Below, piece after piece: positions 37,910 through 50,924 of a stretch of 64,000 nucleotides of DNA (position 1 is the first letter of the stretch; each line of letters starts with the position of its first letter). The DNA is taken from contig OZ024743.1 of the NCBI GenBank assembly GCA_964016885.1, forward strand, positions 127,472,001 to 127,536,000, given 5' to 3'. The notes under the pieces are model-generated. The model was given only the letters and a program-made list of their open reading frames with translations, made no database searches and was not told the DNA's origin. This DNA is from Eledone cirrhosa. Its lineage: Eukaryota. The position numbers and the translations under genes were made by a program.

Positions 37910-39393
37910 ACATTGGGAAGCTTGAGTCCCTACTGAATGGGACACTAAAAAGCATAGACACTAGAAATAGACTGGAAATAAAGTACAAAACTAGGAGGAA
38001 AAAGCTAAATATTATCATAGAGGAACTGAAGCAACGCATTGTAGCAAAGAGTGCAAAGATTAGGCGATACGAGAGCAGAGTCAGTCAGTATAGACAGAAC
38101 CGCATGTTTAACAACAACCAGAAGATGTTGTTTGGACAGCTTGAAGGGAAAGAAAGAGGCAACGACTTGATCCCTGAGGTGGAACAAACTAAGACATTCT
38201 GGAGAGGAATATGGGAGCAGGATGTTAAACATAATGATCAGGCAGTGTGAATTGAGACAGTACAAAAGGAGATTAGTGAACAGGCACACCAACAAACTGA
38301 TTTGAGTATCACAGTTGAAACTCTTAACAAACATTGTGTCTGAGGAAATCTACCATCACCTCCACATAAACAACTTGTTACCGGGCGAACAGAAAGGATG
38401 CCGAAAGAAGTCCCGTGGTACAAAGGACCAGTTACTTATTGATAAGATGGTAATGAGGAATTGCAAGAGGAGACACACTGGTCTTGCCATGGGATGAATA
38501 GACTACAAAAAGGCATTTGACATGGTACCTCATTCTTGAATCACCAAAAGCCTAGAGATCTTCAAGGTGGCAGATAACATCAGACAGTTGTTGAGCAAAA
38601 GTATGAAGTCCGGGAAAACAGAGTTAACATCAGTTGGAGAATCCTTGGGAGGCGTGAAGATCAAGAGAGGTATCTTCCAGGGAGATAGTCTGTCCCCTCT
38701 GTTGTTTGTCCTTGCCCTGATGCCCCTGACCATTATACTGCGAAAAGTGAGAGCAGGATACAAGTTGGGAAAGGGAGAGCTTACCATCAACCACCTCTTC
38801 ATGGACGATCTTAAGCTCTTCGGGAAGAGTGAGAAGGAGTTGGATGTGCTTGTTGACACTGTCCGTATTTTCAACAATGATATATATATGCAATTTGGTA
38901 TTAGTAAGTGTGGAGTCCTTGTGATGAAGAGGGATAAATTGAGCAGAAGCAACGGAATCCTGGTACCAACAGGTGAGATGATAAAGGAAATTGACACTGA
39001 AGAAGGATACAAATATTTCTGAACAGTAGGAATGCCATAAGTGCAGTAAATTCCCGAGCTGTGTCTATTATTAGGTACAGTGCGGGAATTCTGAGATGGA
39101 ATGTTGCTGAACAAAAAGAAATGGATAGGAAGACTAGGAAGCTATTGACTATCTACAACATGTTCCACAAGAGGAGTGATGTAGATAGACTCTACTTAAG
39201 GAGATCTGAAGGTGGAAGAGGTCTTATCAGCATAGAGGACTGTGTTCAGATGGAGAAAAACAACCTACACAAATACGTGACTGATAGTAGGGAGTCAATG
39301 CTCAGAATTGTACTGAAGGAGAGGACAATAGACCAGGGGATGTCCAAGAAGGAAATAACAAGGAGAAAGAGCAACCTTCTTTGAAAAAACTGA

Positions 39394-39395
<2 letters not shown>
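37910..39395 (+). mobile_element. R4/Dong-type RT region, inverted relative to its 3' part; disrupted
   Basis: [70 protein letters not shown]; stops and internal deletions. Confidence 0.9.
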
Positions 39396-39437
<42 letters not shown>

Positions 39438-40613
39438 TACTACTACGACGCCATACCAGGAACGTACGTTTCGTTGGCTTGGAGGACTAACTTTTTCAAC
39501 CTGTGTCAGTGGAAGTGAACCAGGATATATATATTTATTTGAGTGTGATTTCACGAAAGAATGAGCCGTCGATATGTAAGACAGATGTAATTTATGTATT
39601 CTAATAAATGGTATGAGTAATATATATCTATTTTATAGGCATTTTTGACAAAGGTAGCCAAATGTATGTATTTTCCACTATCAGGCGTTGTATATTCGTC
39701 TCATCATAGGTAATTGTTAGAACTGATGAGTAGCGCTGAGAGGATGAGCATGCAAACTCTGGAAATGGAGAATATGTACAAGAACAAAGTATCAATATAA
39801 CATCGATTCCAGATTCGGGTCCGATCACTACCGACTGTATCTTGAGCTTGTCGATTCTGAAATGCACGCCACGTGTGAATATTGGTGTTATATTGACACT
39901 TCGTTTCTGCTCTTTCCAGCATAGTTACGTCCCTTTACAGTCTGAGTTCAAATCCCGCCGAGGTTAACTTTGCCTTTCATCCTTACGGGGCCGATAAAAT
40001 AAAGTACCAGTAATGTACTGGGTATTTGATGGCCTTGTGCCAAATGTAGAAACAATTATTATTATTACTTTGCTTCTTACGGACACCGATAATAGTGACA
40101 ACCCAAACGTAGAATCCTACATAGGTAGCCAGATCCACACAGTAGCATCGAGTGCTCAAATTGGTGAACCATCAGTAAATAGATATTACAATCCAAAAAC
40201 TATATATATATATATATATAGTACAATGAAAGTTTTTAAAAAATATATAAAAATAAACGAATACTAATTTAACGCTCAGAAGTGAAAATAAGGTTTCGAG
40301 AGTAATAAAAAAGGGAGACTGGAAGAGAATCGATAAAAACATGTATATATCATTTGCTAAGGCTATTTGTATTTGGTTCCTAAAACTTTGTGTATATGAT
40401 TGCTTTGATATTACTAAATAGACATGGCTGTTGTGATAAAAGAAAATGAACTGTTGGGCACCTCTGTAGCTTTTGACTAAAAAACATTCCCTCATCTCAC
40501 TTTTGGTTTCGACAGTAAGTGTTCCAGGAGGAGATTTGTCTGCTGTCTCTAACAGTTCTAACTGCGTAGAGATTCCCTTATTAGACGACTTCTTCTTCTT
40601 CTTCCTGATAGGG

Positions 40614-41355
40614 TCATGGGGGCAGGGTCCTCAAACACACCTTCTAGCAGGTTCTATCACAAGCAACCGTTTCCAACTGATCCAGCTAGATTCCCAAGCG
40701 TGACCAGCCCAGTTCATGGATGTTCTCCAACCATCTTGTTCGAGGTCTACACCCGGGCCTCATGTCGGTTGGTTTTGCTCGTAAAATCTATCCCGCGATT
40801 CTTTCCTGAGACATTCTAACCACATTCCCATAGTATCGGAGCTGTGATTTCTCAATTCGGAAAAGCAGCAACTCTCTGATCTCCAAGCTACACGCTCGAT
40901 CCAGTAACGTTACTCCAAAGCGCTTTCGGAGGAACCCCATTTCGACCGCTTATATTCGTGATCGTATTCTATCGGTCATTACCTAAGATTCATCACCATA
41001 GGTAAAGGTTGGCATGAATAGCGAGTTTGACTTTTACGCCTACCTCACTTCTTTTGATTACAGAATGTTGAAGCTGGCGCATCATTGCTCTAGCTTCTGC
41101 AATTCTTGCACTTAGTTCAGCCTCCTGCCTACCATCACTCGTGAACACAGCCCGAGATACTTCTCTACCTGCTTCGCTGAAACTCCATTCCCATATAGAG
41201 TGCACTGCGCGGGCTTCCTTGAGAAGACGAGTGTCTCAGTTTTCGCAGCACTGATTTCCATTCCAGCCATGCAGCATCAAACATATCCAATTCAATTTGG
41301 AGATCACCTGCTGTCGAGTTAAGTAATACCATATCGTCTGCAAATTCCAGACTAT
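40614..41355 (-). mobile_element. Old RTE-like LINE 3' fragment
   Basis: Minus-strand FADDMVLL (~41325-41350), VFTSDGRQEAELSARIAEA and AVEMGFLR motifs; (GAA)n-like tail. Confidence 0.7.
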
Positions 41356-42159
41356 TTTTTTTATTTATTTATGTTTTGAAGTTATCTCCCTTGCTTTCAA
41401 GTTCAACAATATTTATCTCCCATAGATAAAGATGTTTCGATTAATCAAAGCTATCGTACTAACTACATTGACAATGTTAACCCTTATTTCATTAAATGCA
41501 ACTCAATATATATTTTAGCCTTATTTTCTGAACTCAAATAATACTAACACGGTTTCAGTTTATCACAAAAGGAGAGAACCGGTGATCAGAACAAAAGACA
41601 AAAGACAATCAAAAATCAGGAAGAAGAGGGGTGCTGGTGGTGCTTGTGGCACTAGTAGCCGTCTCCGTTGTATTCGATTTAAATCATGAATAAATGTTTC
41701 CAGCCGAGTGACTTCTGTTAAATACACCCTAGAATCAATGGGCGATGTTTAACGAGGAAATGTATTGAAATGATAGTTGCGGTGGTGACATTGGTCGTGG
41801 TCGTGGTCTTCGTCGTACTCATGTTTATAGTTGTGGTGTTGTTAAACCAGGAAGTGTATTGAACTGATCCAAACATTATAACTATGTAATCATTTCAGTG
41901 GATGAAGCATGACTGAATGATTAAGGAGTTCGTGTTGCAATCATTACACCTCAGTTTCGATCCCACTACATAACAACAACTCGTGCCTTATGAGTGAAAT
42001 TGGCTAGATGGAAACTGTTTGGAAGCCCACCTGGATGGTACCTGTAATTCACACACCCTGACACGCTGAGTCTCCTTGAGAATTACGTCATGAGTACGCA
42101 TGTGTTTGGAATACTCAACTATTTAAACGTTAATTTCAGAGCAAACTGTTCTGTTAATC

Positions 42160-42464
42160 CAGAGGTTCTCAAACTTTTAGGACCACCGCCCCTGTCATGG
42201 TCACGTAATACCATCAGTGCCCCCACCCCTATTTCCAGAGAGACCTGCCTACATGCAAATTATGAATAATATATAATAAATAAAATCGTTAATTTATATA
42301 TAATAAATAACATAATATATACCATATATAAACAAATATTATATATTTTTTATTTTACTACATTTGATATTTAATATACTATTATATCATCTCAAACCCC
42401 AGCGCCCCTTGGTCCTTCTCAATGCCCCCGGGGGAGGGGGTAGCACCCAATTTGAGGACCTCTG
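42160..42464. mobile_element. hAT-type MITE inserted in an old SINE
   Basis: TIRs CAGAGGTTCTCAAA / TTTGAGGACCTCTG; TTAATC repeated on both flanks. Confidence 0.75.
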
Positions 42465-43384
42465 TTAATCAAATAACTGGAACAGTCATCACTGAAACCG
42501 ACTGGGGCCCATTCCATTCCATTCGTCCAATGACAATGACAGTACAGTGCTGAACAATAAAGTTTGTGGCATTTTTTAAACCATGTTTATATCCTGAGCT
42601 CAAATCCAGCCAAGGTCAATTTTGTCTTTCACCATTCTGGAGACAATAAAATAATTAGCAACCATGTATTAGAATAGATACCAAATCACATAAAACAACC
42701 ACTTACTCTATGATAGAAAGATGTTTGTCTTAAAATGTTTATATCTATCTAAAAAGCTACCATCATAATTTTATGTAAGAATATTTTCTAAATATCAACT
42801 TAATAATTCTTTCTAACATTGGGGGTGGTGAGAAAGTTGATTAAATAAATCTCAGTACTTGACTGGTACGTTATTGTATCAACCCAGAACAATTAAAAAG
42901 CTAAGTTGACTTTAGCAGCATTTGAACTGAGAAGGTTAACAAATACTGTAACACATTTGTCTGACAATCTAATAACTCTGCTGCCATACCATTGCCCTTA
43001 CACCAACTTAATCATGAAAAAGCTGGTTATATTACTAAATACCTCTGAATTCTTGATTATTTTTAAATTATTTGAAAACTGAAGATTGTGATTTTCTTTA
43101 TAAATATGGTAGTGAAAGGGTTAAAAGCTTTTGCTGTCCCAATAAAATGTATTGACTCTGTGCTAAAAATAGATAATAATATGAAAAATGGAAGAGGAAC
43201 ACCAATGTTTCAAGATTGGTGGAGTGGTTGAAATAGTACACCAGCCAGAAAATCATCTCTATATTCTGAGTTCAAATTATGCAAAGGTAAACTGTCATTT
43301 TTCATCCTGGAGTCAATTCAATGACTATACACTCATAATAATGTGAAATGAATCAATATAAATGGTACTCCAGTAGACAAGTAA

Positions 43385-43900
43385 TACAGTATCAAACTAA
43401 ATGTTACTATACAATATTAAAGGGTACATCACTGTATTAAATGGTACAGTATTACATTAAAAAGTACAGTACTACATTAAATGGTACAGTAGTATACTAA
43501 ATAGTTCAGTACTACATTAAATGGTACAGTAGCAAACTAAATAGCATAGTAGTAAACTAAATGGTACAATATTACACTAAGTAGTACAGTATTACACAAA
43601 ATACTACAGTACCACATTAAATTGCACAGTACTACACTAAATGGTATAGTATCACACTAAATTGCACAGTACTACACTAAACAGCATAGTATCACACTAA
43701 ATGGTATGTTACTACATTAAATAGTACAGTATTACACTAAATAGTACAGTACTTCACTAAATGGTACAGTATTACACTAAAAGGTACAGTATTACACTAA
43801 ATTGCACAGTACTACACTAAACAGTATAGTATTACACTAAAAGGTACAGTATTACACTAAATAGTACAGTACTACACTAAATAGTACAGTACTACAGTAA
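43385..43900. repeat. 20-bp minisatellite (consensus ~AGTAYTACACTAAATRGTAC), about 25 copies
   Basis: Regular 20-nt period with no spacers. Confidence 0.92.
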
Positions 43901-44029
43901 AAGATTTAGTATCGCACTAAAATGGTATCTTTTTAGACTATCTGGTATAGAGTTTGAGTAACAGGGTTAGCGCTACACAAACTTGTACAGAACCACACTA
44001 AATAGTACAATACAGAGAGATGAACATTT

Positions 44030-44700
44030 TAGCTCCTTCAAGACTGGCGAAAGGGAGTGTCAAAGTTTTCTCCAGACAGTGGTCCTGACACAAATATGTG
44101 CAAAAAAGTGGATTTCATTAAACGCATCCATGAGTTAGTGGGTGATGTAAACGGCTACAGATTAAATCTATTATCCAAAACAGGAACGCTATTTTCAGCA
44201 GGTTTCAATACGGTTGATGGGAATTGTACAATTGCTTACCTTGCCAATCTTGTCCTAAGCACCACTGTTGTCTAGTTGCATAATCCACGAATCCTATTCA
44301 CCCAAATTCTGGTCGGAAAATCAAGGTTTCGTACAGGCTCATAGACCCACGTCTGTTTGGTAAAGATCCTCATGAGGAAAGGGGTCCTGTTGTTTTTCCC
44401 TTCCATTCAAGTGATGTCGCTAGCCCTGTTACTTCCGGTGTACCACACATAACCCCATACACCATTATGAAAATTTGAAGTTGAAAATGTAATCATCCCA
44501 ACTATAACATCTGGATATTTGCACTTTTAGCAAAATGCCTCTGTCCAGTTTTCTGTCTTCAAGTTTTGTACATGTTTAGCCTATAGCTTAATCTCAGACC
44601 ATATGTTGAAATGAAAGCAATTACACCACGGAAGAGTCATTTTAGTTATTAAAAACACACAAAAGCTGTTAACTTCAAATTTTCATTATGTTTCTTACGC
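44030..44700 (-). pseudogene. Possible highly decayed Tc1/mariner-superfamily transposase
   Basis: Frameshifted remnants resembling GVMVW, WxxQQD and WPxxSPDLNPMD, in the expected order. Confidence 0.35.
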
Positions 44701-45170
44701 CAACCAGATGTTCGAATTTTTAGGTACAGACTTACAGTTTTCTACATAAATGGCAACCGGTTACCAGGAACAATTCAGCGTAATGTCTAATGCACACGCC
44801 CGGCATCCGAGAGATGCGGATTTTGATTTCTTGCGAACACCTCTGTCTACTTTTTTACATCACTGAGGGTTCTTTACCAGATTTTCTCAACTATTAATCA
44901 TACAGATTGACTATTGTTACAGCAATTTACGTTGAGATGAGTACATTTCAACTTTCAAAATTCCAAAAGAACGTCTGAATTTCACAACATCAAACTTCCT
45001 ACTCTTGAAAATCCAAGAGCAGGCCTCTCTTCAACATGTAAACCGGCAAATGAAAATGTTTGTCCTTGTGATTTGAACAGGTTCGGATTTGATCAATCCT
45101 ATTGACTTTTGGAATGACTGGGAGAGTTTGTCTAAAACTCCTCCTCCTCCTCCACCACCTCCTCCTCCTC

Positions 45171-45213
<43 letters not shown>

Positions 45214-45383
45214 CACTACTACCACAACTACTAAGAATAAGTGCTAAGAATACCAGTAAAAAGCAAAATGAAGATAGAAGGGAGATAAAAATAAAAATAG
45301 CACCTTCCTCCAGTTTCAGGAACCATTCAGACACACTACATGACCACATCTTGAGTTTATATATATACTTCTAGTAAATAAAA

Positions 45384-45532
45384 TTAGTTTAGTGTTTCTG
45401 AGGAGGACAACCGATTGAACAGGAACTTCAAGACAAGTAATAGGTTGTAACTTAATCACTACCATGTTAGTCGATACATCCATCTCCGCCGATCAATTGT
45501 TCTTCTGAAACAATCGTAAAACAATGAACTAA
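45384..45532 (+). ncRNA. Degenerate minimal hammerhead motif with ~100-nt stem II
   Basis: Stem I UUAGUUUA-G-UGUUU / AAACA-A-UGAACUAA; CUGAGGA; AGGAGGACAA/UUGUUCUUCU; GAAAC-AAUC-GUA. Confidence 0.5.
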
Positions 45533-45889
45533 CTATCTACCTACACCTGACTTCTCTTTGTATTGTTTTATGCATAAACACATATATGTAAATGACTGTA
45601 ACCCAGATAGATTTTCTTTGGGGATACCTTAGGCAGTGACCACCTACCACAAGAATTACTGGACACACTGCCGATTTTCGACACAACTATCCTTTCTAGG
45701 ATACATTGAGTTCTAACAACATTACCAGCCCCACCACAACCAGGTCTCCAATATAAATATTTTTACTGATATTGAGGTATTTCAATATAGATCCTGGTAA
45801 AGATGAGAGAAGCTTGATGGTATCCAGTTTCCTTGATACAAGAGTAATCCGGAATTGGCTAATGACTTTCTCAGATGTGGCAGATTCTA

Positions 45890-46385
45890 TAATAATAATA
45901 ATAATAATGAAATATTGTGTACAGTGCTCAGGTGCATTACAACTCATCAAAAAGTGTATGTATAGTACATAGGGTAATGTACAAACATCAGGAAAATGAA
46001 CAGTGCATGAGTCATGATACACACGTGTGCATGTGTATGGAAGGGGTACATCAGGTGTAGTTTTGGCGTATTTCGGGAAGCATGAGTGTCTTAAAGGATG
46101 CAGTGTCTCGGCAGCTAACAACTGACGCAGGCAGTTTGTTCCATGCTTCAGCAACTCTGAGCGTGAAAAAAATGTCTACGAAAGTCATGGGAGCTGTGCT
46201 GTTTTCTGATTTTGTAGGCATGTCCACGTGTATTAGACACATGGAGATCAAAAAGGTGCTCAGGGTTGCAATTGGCAAGATCGTTAATAACTTTGTGGGT
46301 ATTTACCAAGTCCATTGCCAGACGTCGGAGCTTCAATGAATCCATGCCCAGGGAAGCAAGTCGTTCAGAGTATGGTAGGTGTCTG
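45890..46385 (-). mobile_element. CR1-like LINE 3' end with (ATT)n tail
   Basis: MDSLKLRRLAMDL...TRGHAYKI...FF..RVAEAWNKLP; same family as 62160-64000. Confidence 0.85.
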
Positions 46386-46539
46386 TTGTAGATGGTTATG
46401 ATTTGGGCTGCAGAGTTTATGAATTATCAATAGAAAAAAGGACTAAGTTATACTTAAAACATATCTTTATTCAACTTATGTTGGACTAGTTTGAAGATGC
46501 TGTTAAATATATATATATATGTATGTATGTACAGAAGAT

Positions 46540-46867
46540 CTGACTTCCCATGGGTACAAGTCGAAGCTGAAGCATATAGACAATATGCCCCCACCCCCTC
46601 CCACTGCAAAGTGGTCGTGGAGGTGTCACAACAAAAAAGCATCCAGTCTACACTGTAGAGCGGTCATATAGGTGCCACGGTAAAAAGCACCCAGAACTCA
46701 CTGTAAATAAGGTTGGTGTTAGGAAGGGCATCCAACTGTAGAAATCAAGCAAAAATCAGTTCCTGTATGAGCAAGACATGGTCACCCAACCTGGCATTGC
46801 TCACAACAGGACAACCCATCTAACCGATGCAAGCATGGAAGAATGGATGTAAAACACTGATGATGAT
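46540..46867 (+). mobile_element. RTE 3' UTR fragment
   Basis: Aligns with 8790-9110. Confidence 0.8.
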
Positions 46868-46954
46868 ATATATATATATATATAAAACAAAGTTTGTTTT
46901 TGCTCTTAACATGGTGGATACTTAAATGTATTTGTGAGTGAATAATGATAATAT

Positions 46955-47150
46955 TATAATTGTTTCTACTATTGGCACAAGGCCAGCATTTACCCAGTAC
47001 ATTACTGGTACTTTATTTTATCGACCCCGTAAGGATGAAAGGCAAAGTTAACCTCGGCAGGATTTGAACTCAGAATGGCAAGGGCCGTAACTCTATGCGT
47101 CAAAGCATGGCGTCCGACCCTCTACCGATACTGCCAATTCACCGCCCCTA
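46955..47150 (-). mobile_element. Full-length SINE family B
   Basis: Reverse complement of 2272-2462. AATGATAATATTATAAT is repeated on both sides (46944-46960 and 47166-47182). Confidence 0.8.
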
Positions 47151-47984
47151 AGATATAAAGCTGAGAATGATAATATTATAATAATATCATATTATTATTA
47201 ATATTCAGTTTGTTTGGAATAAAACAGCCTCATAAACACCATGTGTTAGATGATCAATGTCATCCTTTTATTCCAGTGGTAGCTGAGAGAAAAGAATCGA
47301 GAATTGTTTTGGAGTTTTTGCTCCTTATCAAGATTGTGTATTCTCATCACTACTACCCACTGGAACTGCTGAGAATACATTGTATTCTTAAATGTATACA
47401 TCGGCTGATTAGCCTCACATCGTGTTCAACCTTATGGGGTCGATAAAATAAAGTACCAGTAATACACTGGGATAATTTCTGGCCTTGTGCCAAAAGTAGA
47501 AACAATTATATTATTGTTATTTACTCACGAATACATATATATATGTGTGTGTGTGTGTGTGTGTCTGTAGCCCACACACTGACCCCCGAATGACATCTAG
47601 CTTGTGAGTGCTTGTATATAACTTTATATTTTTATGATTCAGAGTAATCATATTCTTATTCCTATTTTACTGAAGTGAAGTAAAATTATATATCTTACCA
47701 AAATTATTGTATTTGTCATGTTTATTCGTCTTCAACAACAAACAACTAATTTCACTTCATATATATATATATATATATATATATCAAATTAAAAAGTTGA
47801 GTTAAAGAGTCGCAATCATCCCCTATAATTTAATGAGCTCAAGGAACAGATTTCGGGCTCTTTATAAATTAGCATATAGAGAGAAGTACACATTTGTGTC
47901 CCATCATAGAGGATTTAAATCCCTTATGATTGAACATGTATGTCTATGTGTACTTCTCTCTCTCTATTAATATAAATATATATA

Positions 47985-48650
47985 TCATCATCATCATCAT
48001 CATCATCGTTTAACGTCCATCTTCCACGCTGGCATGGGTTAGACGGTTTTGTTCCATTTGATGCGGGATGGTCGGGAGACCATGTCTCACTCGTACAGAA
48101 ATGTCTCTGGCAGGTTTTCTACGGCTGGATGCCTTTCCTAACACCAACCACCTTTACAGTGTGGACTGGGAGCCTTTTTATCGTGTCTCCTACACTACCA
48201 CCTTACAGTGTGGACTGGGTGCTTTTTGTTGTTATCGACACAGCGGACGGAAATGTGAGGATGGGGTAGGGTGTGTGGAGTGGGGTGTATATTGGGTTAA
48301 GAAGTGCCTACTGACTGTAGGTTTGTATGCGAGGGAAGGCAGGTCTTCTGTACAACTGCATGGCACCAAAGATCTCAATCCAGTGGCATTGTCTTAGAGA
48401 GGTGTAAGTGAGAAAGGTCAATTTTTGTCACCTCGTCCCAGGTTATTCTTGGTCTACCACTCCGTAGCTTCTATCAATTTTCATTGCTCTGCACTTCTTT
48501 ATATAGCTGTTGTCCTTCATACGTATCACATGGCCATACCAACACAATCTCCTCTCCAGAACACAACATTTGATACCTCTTATGCTTAGTCTCTCTCTCA
48601 ATTCGCTTATCCTTCACCGTTCGCACACATTATTATTACACATCCATCAT
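47985..48650 (-). mobile_element. Older RTE LINE 3' end
   Basis: Homologous to 4195-4828; (CAT)n tail at ~47985-48007. Confidence 0.8.
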
Positions 48651-48680
48651 TTCAATCCCTAAATATATATATATATATAT

Positions 48681-50805
48681 CATCATCATCATCATCATCA
48701 TTTTACGTCCACTTTTCCCTGCTCGCAAGGGTGGGACGGGTCCTATCCAGCACAGCATCTCTCCACTTGTCACGGTCCTTCGTCATCTCCACCATGAGGT
48801 TCAGCGATCTGAGGTCTGCTCTCACCACCTCCGCCCATGTTTTTCGTGGTCTTCTTCTACTATCTCTTTCTTCAACTGGCATTTCTTGGCACTTCTTCAC
48901 CCATCGGTCATCCTCCATGCGCATCACATGTCCATACCACCTCAGTCTCCTCACCCGTACACTACATTCTATCCCTCTCAGACACAGTTTCTCTCTCAAC
49001 ACATTCATGCTGGGTCGTTCACGCACATTTACACTGCACATCCAACGGAGCATGCTTGCCTCATTTCTCTCCAGCCCTCGCATATTCTCTGTAGTTGCTG
49101 CCCAGGTCTCACTACCATGCAGCATCGTGCACCTCACACAGGCATCGTATAACTGGCCTTTTGTACGCAGGGAGAAACCCTTCTTCATCATCAGTGGAAG
49201 CAGCTCCCTAAACTTCTTCCAACCCATCCTTATTCTAGATACTATGGCCTCGGAACACCCCCCACCCATGCTAATCTGATTATCTAGGTACCGGAAGCTA
49301 TCAACCACTTCTATAGCACCCACCTGCATTTGAAAAATGTGTCTAGCAATGTGACTTCTACTGTCAACTTTCCCTGTACATCTACTGCATACGTAGTTTC
49401 CCCTACCTGTTAGCTTGCCTGATTTCCCACTACATCTATTGTGTACCCAAGATCTGCATTGTGTACATTTTATAAAATTTATGCCAGTTCCTTTTCTGCA
49501 TATCGAACAAGGCCATTTCCCTGACGGAATCAGAGTTTTGTCCTCTTTTCTACTCATCAACAATTTTGTCTTAGCTAGGTTCACTCTCAGTCCTCTTGAT
49601 TCCAACTGCTGTTTCCATAGCCAGAATTTATTCTCTAGCTCCTCCACTGATTCTGCTATAAGAACCAGATCGTCAGCATAGAGAAGTTCCAATGGACAGC
49701 CAGTCTTAAATTCCTCTGTTATGGCTTGGAGGACTATAATGAACAAGAGCACGCTGAGGACCAAACCCTGATGTACTCCTACTTGTATCTGGAATTCCTC
49801 ACTAAACTCCATTCCTACACTCACTTTACTGACATCACCTCTGTACAAAGCTTGCACTGTCCTCACAAGCCATTCTTCAACACCTAGTTTCCTTAGGGAC
49901 CACCAGATGACAGATCGGGGTACCCTATCAAAGGCCTTCTCTAGGTCAACAAAAGTTAAGTATAGTGGCTTTTTCTTCTCTAAGAACCTCTCTTGTAATT
50001 GTCTCACTAAAAAGAGGGCATCCGTTGTACTTTTCCCAGGCACAAAACCAAACTGCATCTCATCTAGTTTGACCCTTTCTCTAATTAGTTGTGCTAATAT
50101 TTTCTGCTACTTTCATAACCTGATCCATCAGTTTTATGCCCCTATAGTTGCTCCTCTCCAGAGCATCCCCTTTACTTTGTAGCAATTTATGAGAATACTG
50201 CTGCACCAGTCTTTGGGTATGACACCACCATATATAGCTTGATTGATGATGCATGCAACCAATTTAGTGCCCACTTCTGATGCCTTCAGCATCTCAGCAA
50301 CTATCCCCGACGGTCCAGCGGCCTTACCATTTTTCATTTCCTTAATCGCCTCTTGGACCTTATATTCGTCAATCTCAATAGCTGGTCCCTCTGTTGGATC
50401 TACTGAGGGTAATTTCTTTCTCTCCCATTCGTTCTCCACATTCATCAGTCTCTCATAATGACATTTCCAGGCCTCCTTTTTCTGATCATACGTGACACTA
50501 AGTACACCGGCAACAACATCCTGATTTGCACTGACACACTGCCTTGCAACGCGGAACACCGCACGTCTCTGATCTTCCCATCACAGAACATTGGCAAACC
50601 TCCTACTCTCAGCCGCCTTGCGTGCTAAGTACACCTGACGTCTAGCTTCTCTCTTAGTGGCTGTATATCCTTCTCTACTCCCACCATTTTCCAAAGCATT
50701 CCATGCTAGTCTTTTGTCTCTAATGGCCCTATCTACTGTGCTGCTTCACCACTCTCTGTCTGGTTGGAGCTCTGTTCCAGCCACAAGTTTCTTCAGTAGC
50801 CTGCA
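48681..50805 (-). mobile_element. RTE LINE family B, 5'-truncated, frameshifted (RT, PHD-type finger and C-terminus)
   Basis: QFGFVPGKSTTDA, FVDLEKAFDRVPR, VGVHQG, LLYADDLVL, RRLRWYGHVMR; (GAT)n tail right after the stop codon. Confidence 0.95.
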
Positions 50806-50924
50806 GTATATATATATATATATATAATATATATATATGGGAAAACTACCCTAAGTATCGAGTACTCTGGTGCGTTATGGTCCATTTGGTTCCTTACCTC
50901 ACTTCCTTCGTTATATATATCCTG

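Noticed and set aside
39715-39790. CTGATGA at ~39723 as a hammerhead
   Set aside because: No properly placed GAAA, stem III or stem I pairing.
43385-43900. Regular short repeats as a CRISPR array
   Set aside because: Contiguous 20-bp units with no unique spacers, no cas genes, and a eukaryotic context; an ordinary minisatellite.
44999-45374. ORFs with poly-L/V/S/G runs
   Set aside because: Translations of (CCT)n(ACT)n(ACC)n trinucleotide repeats.
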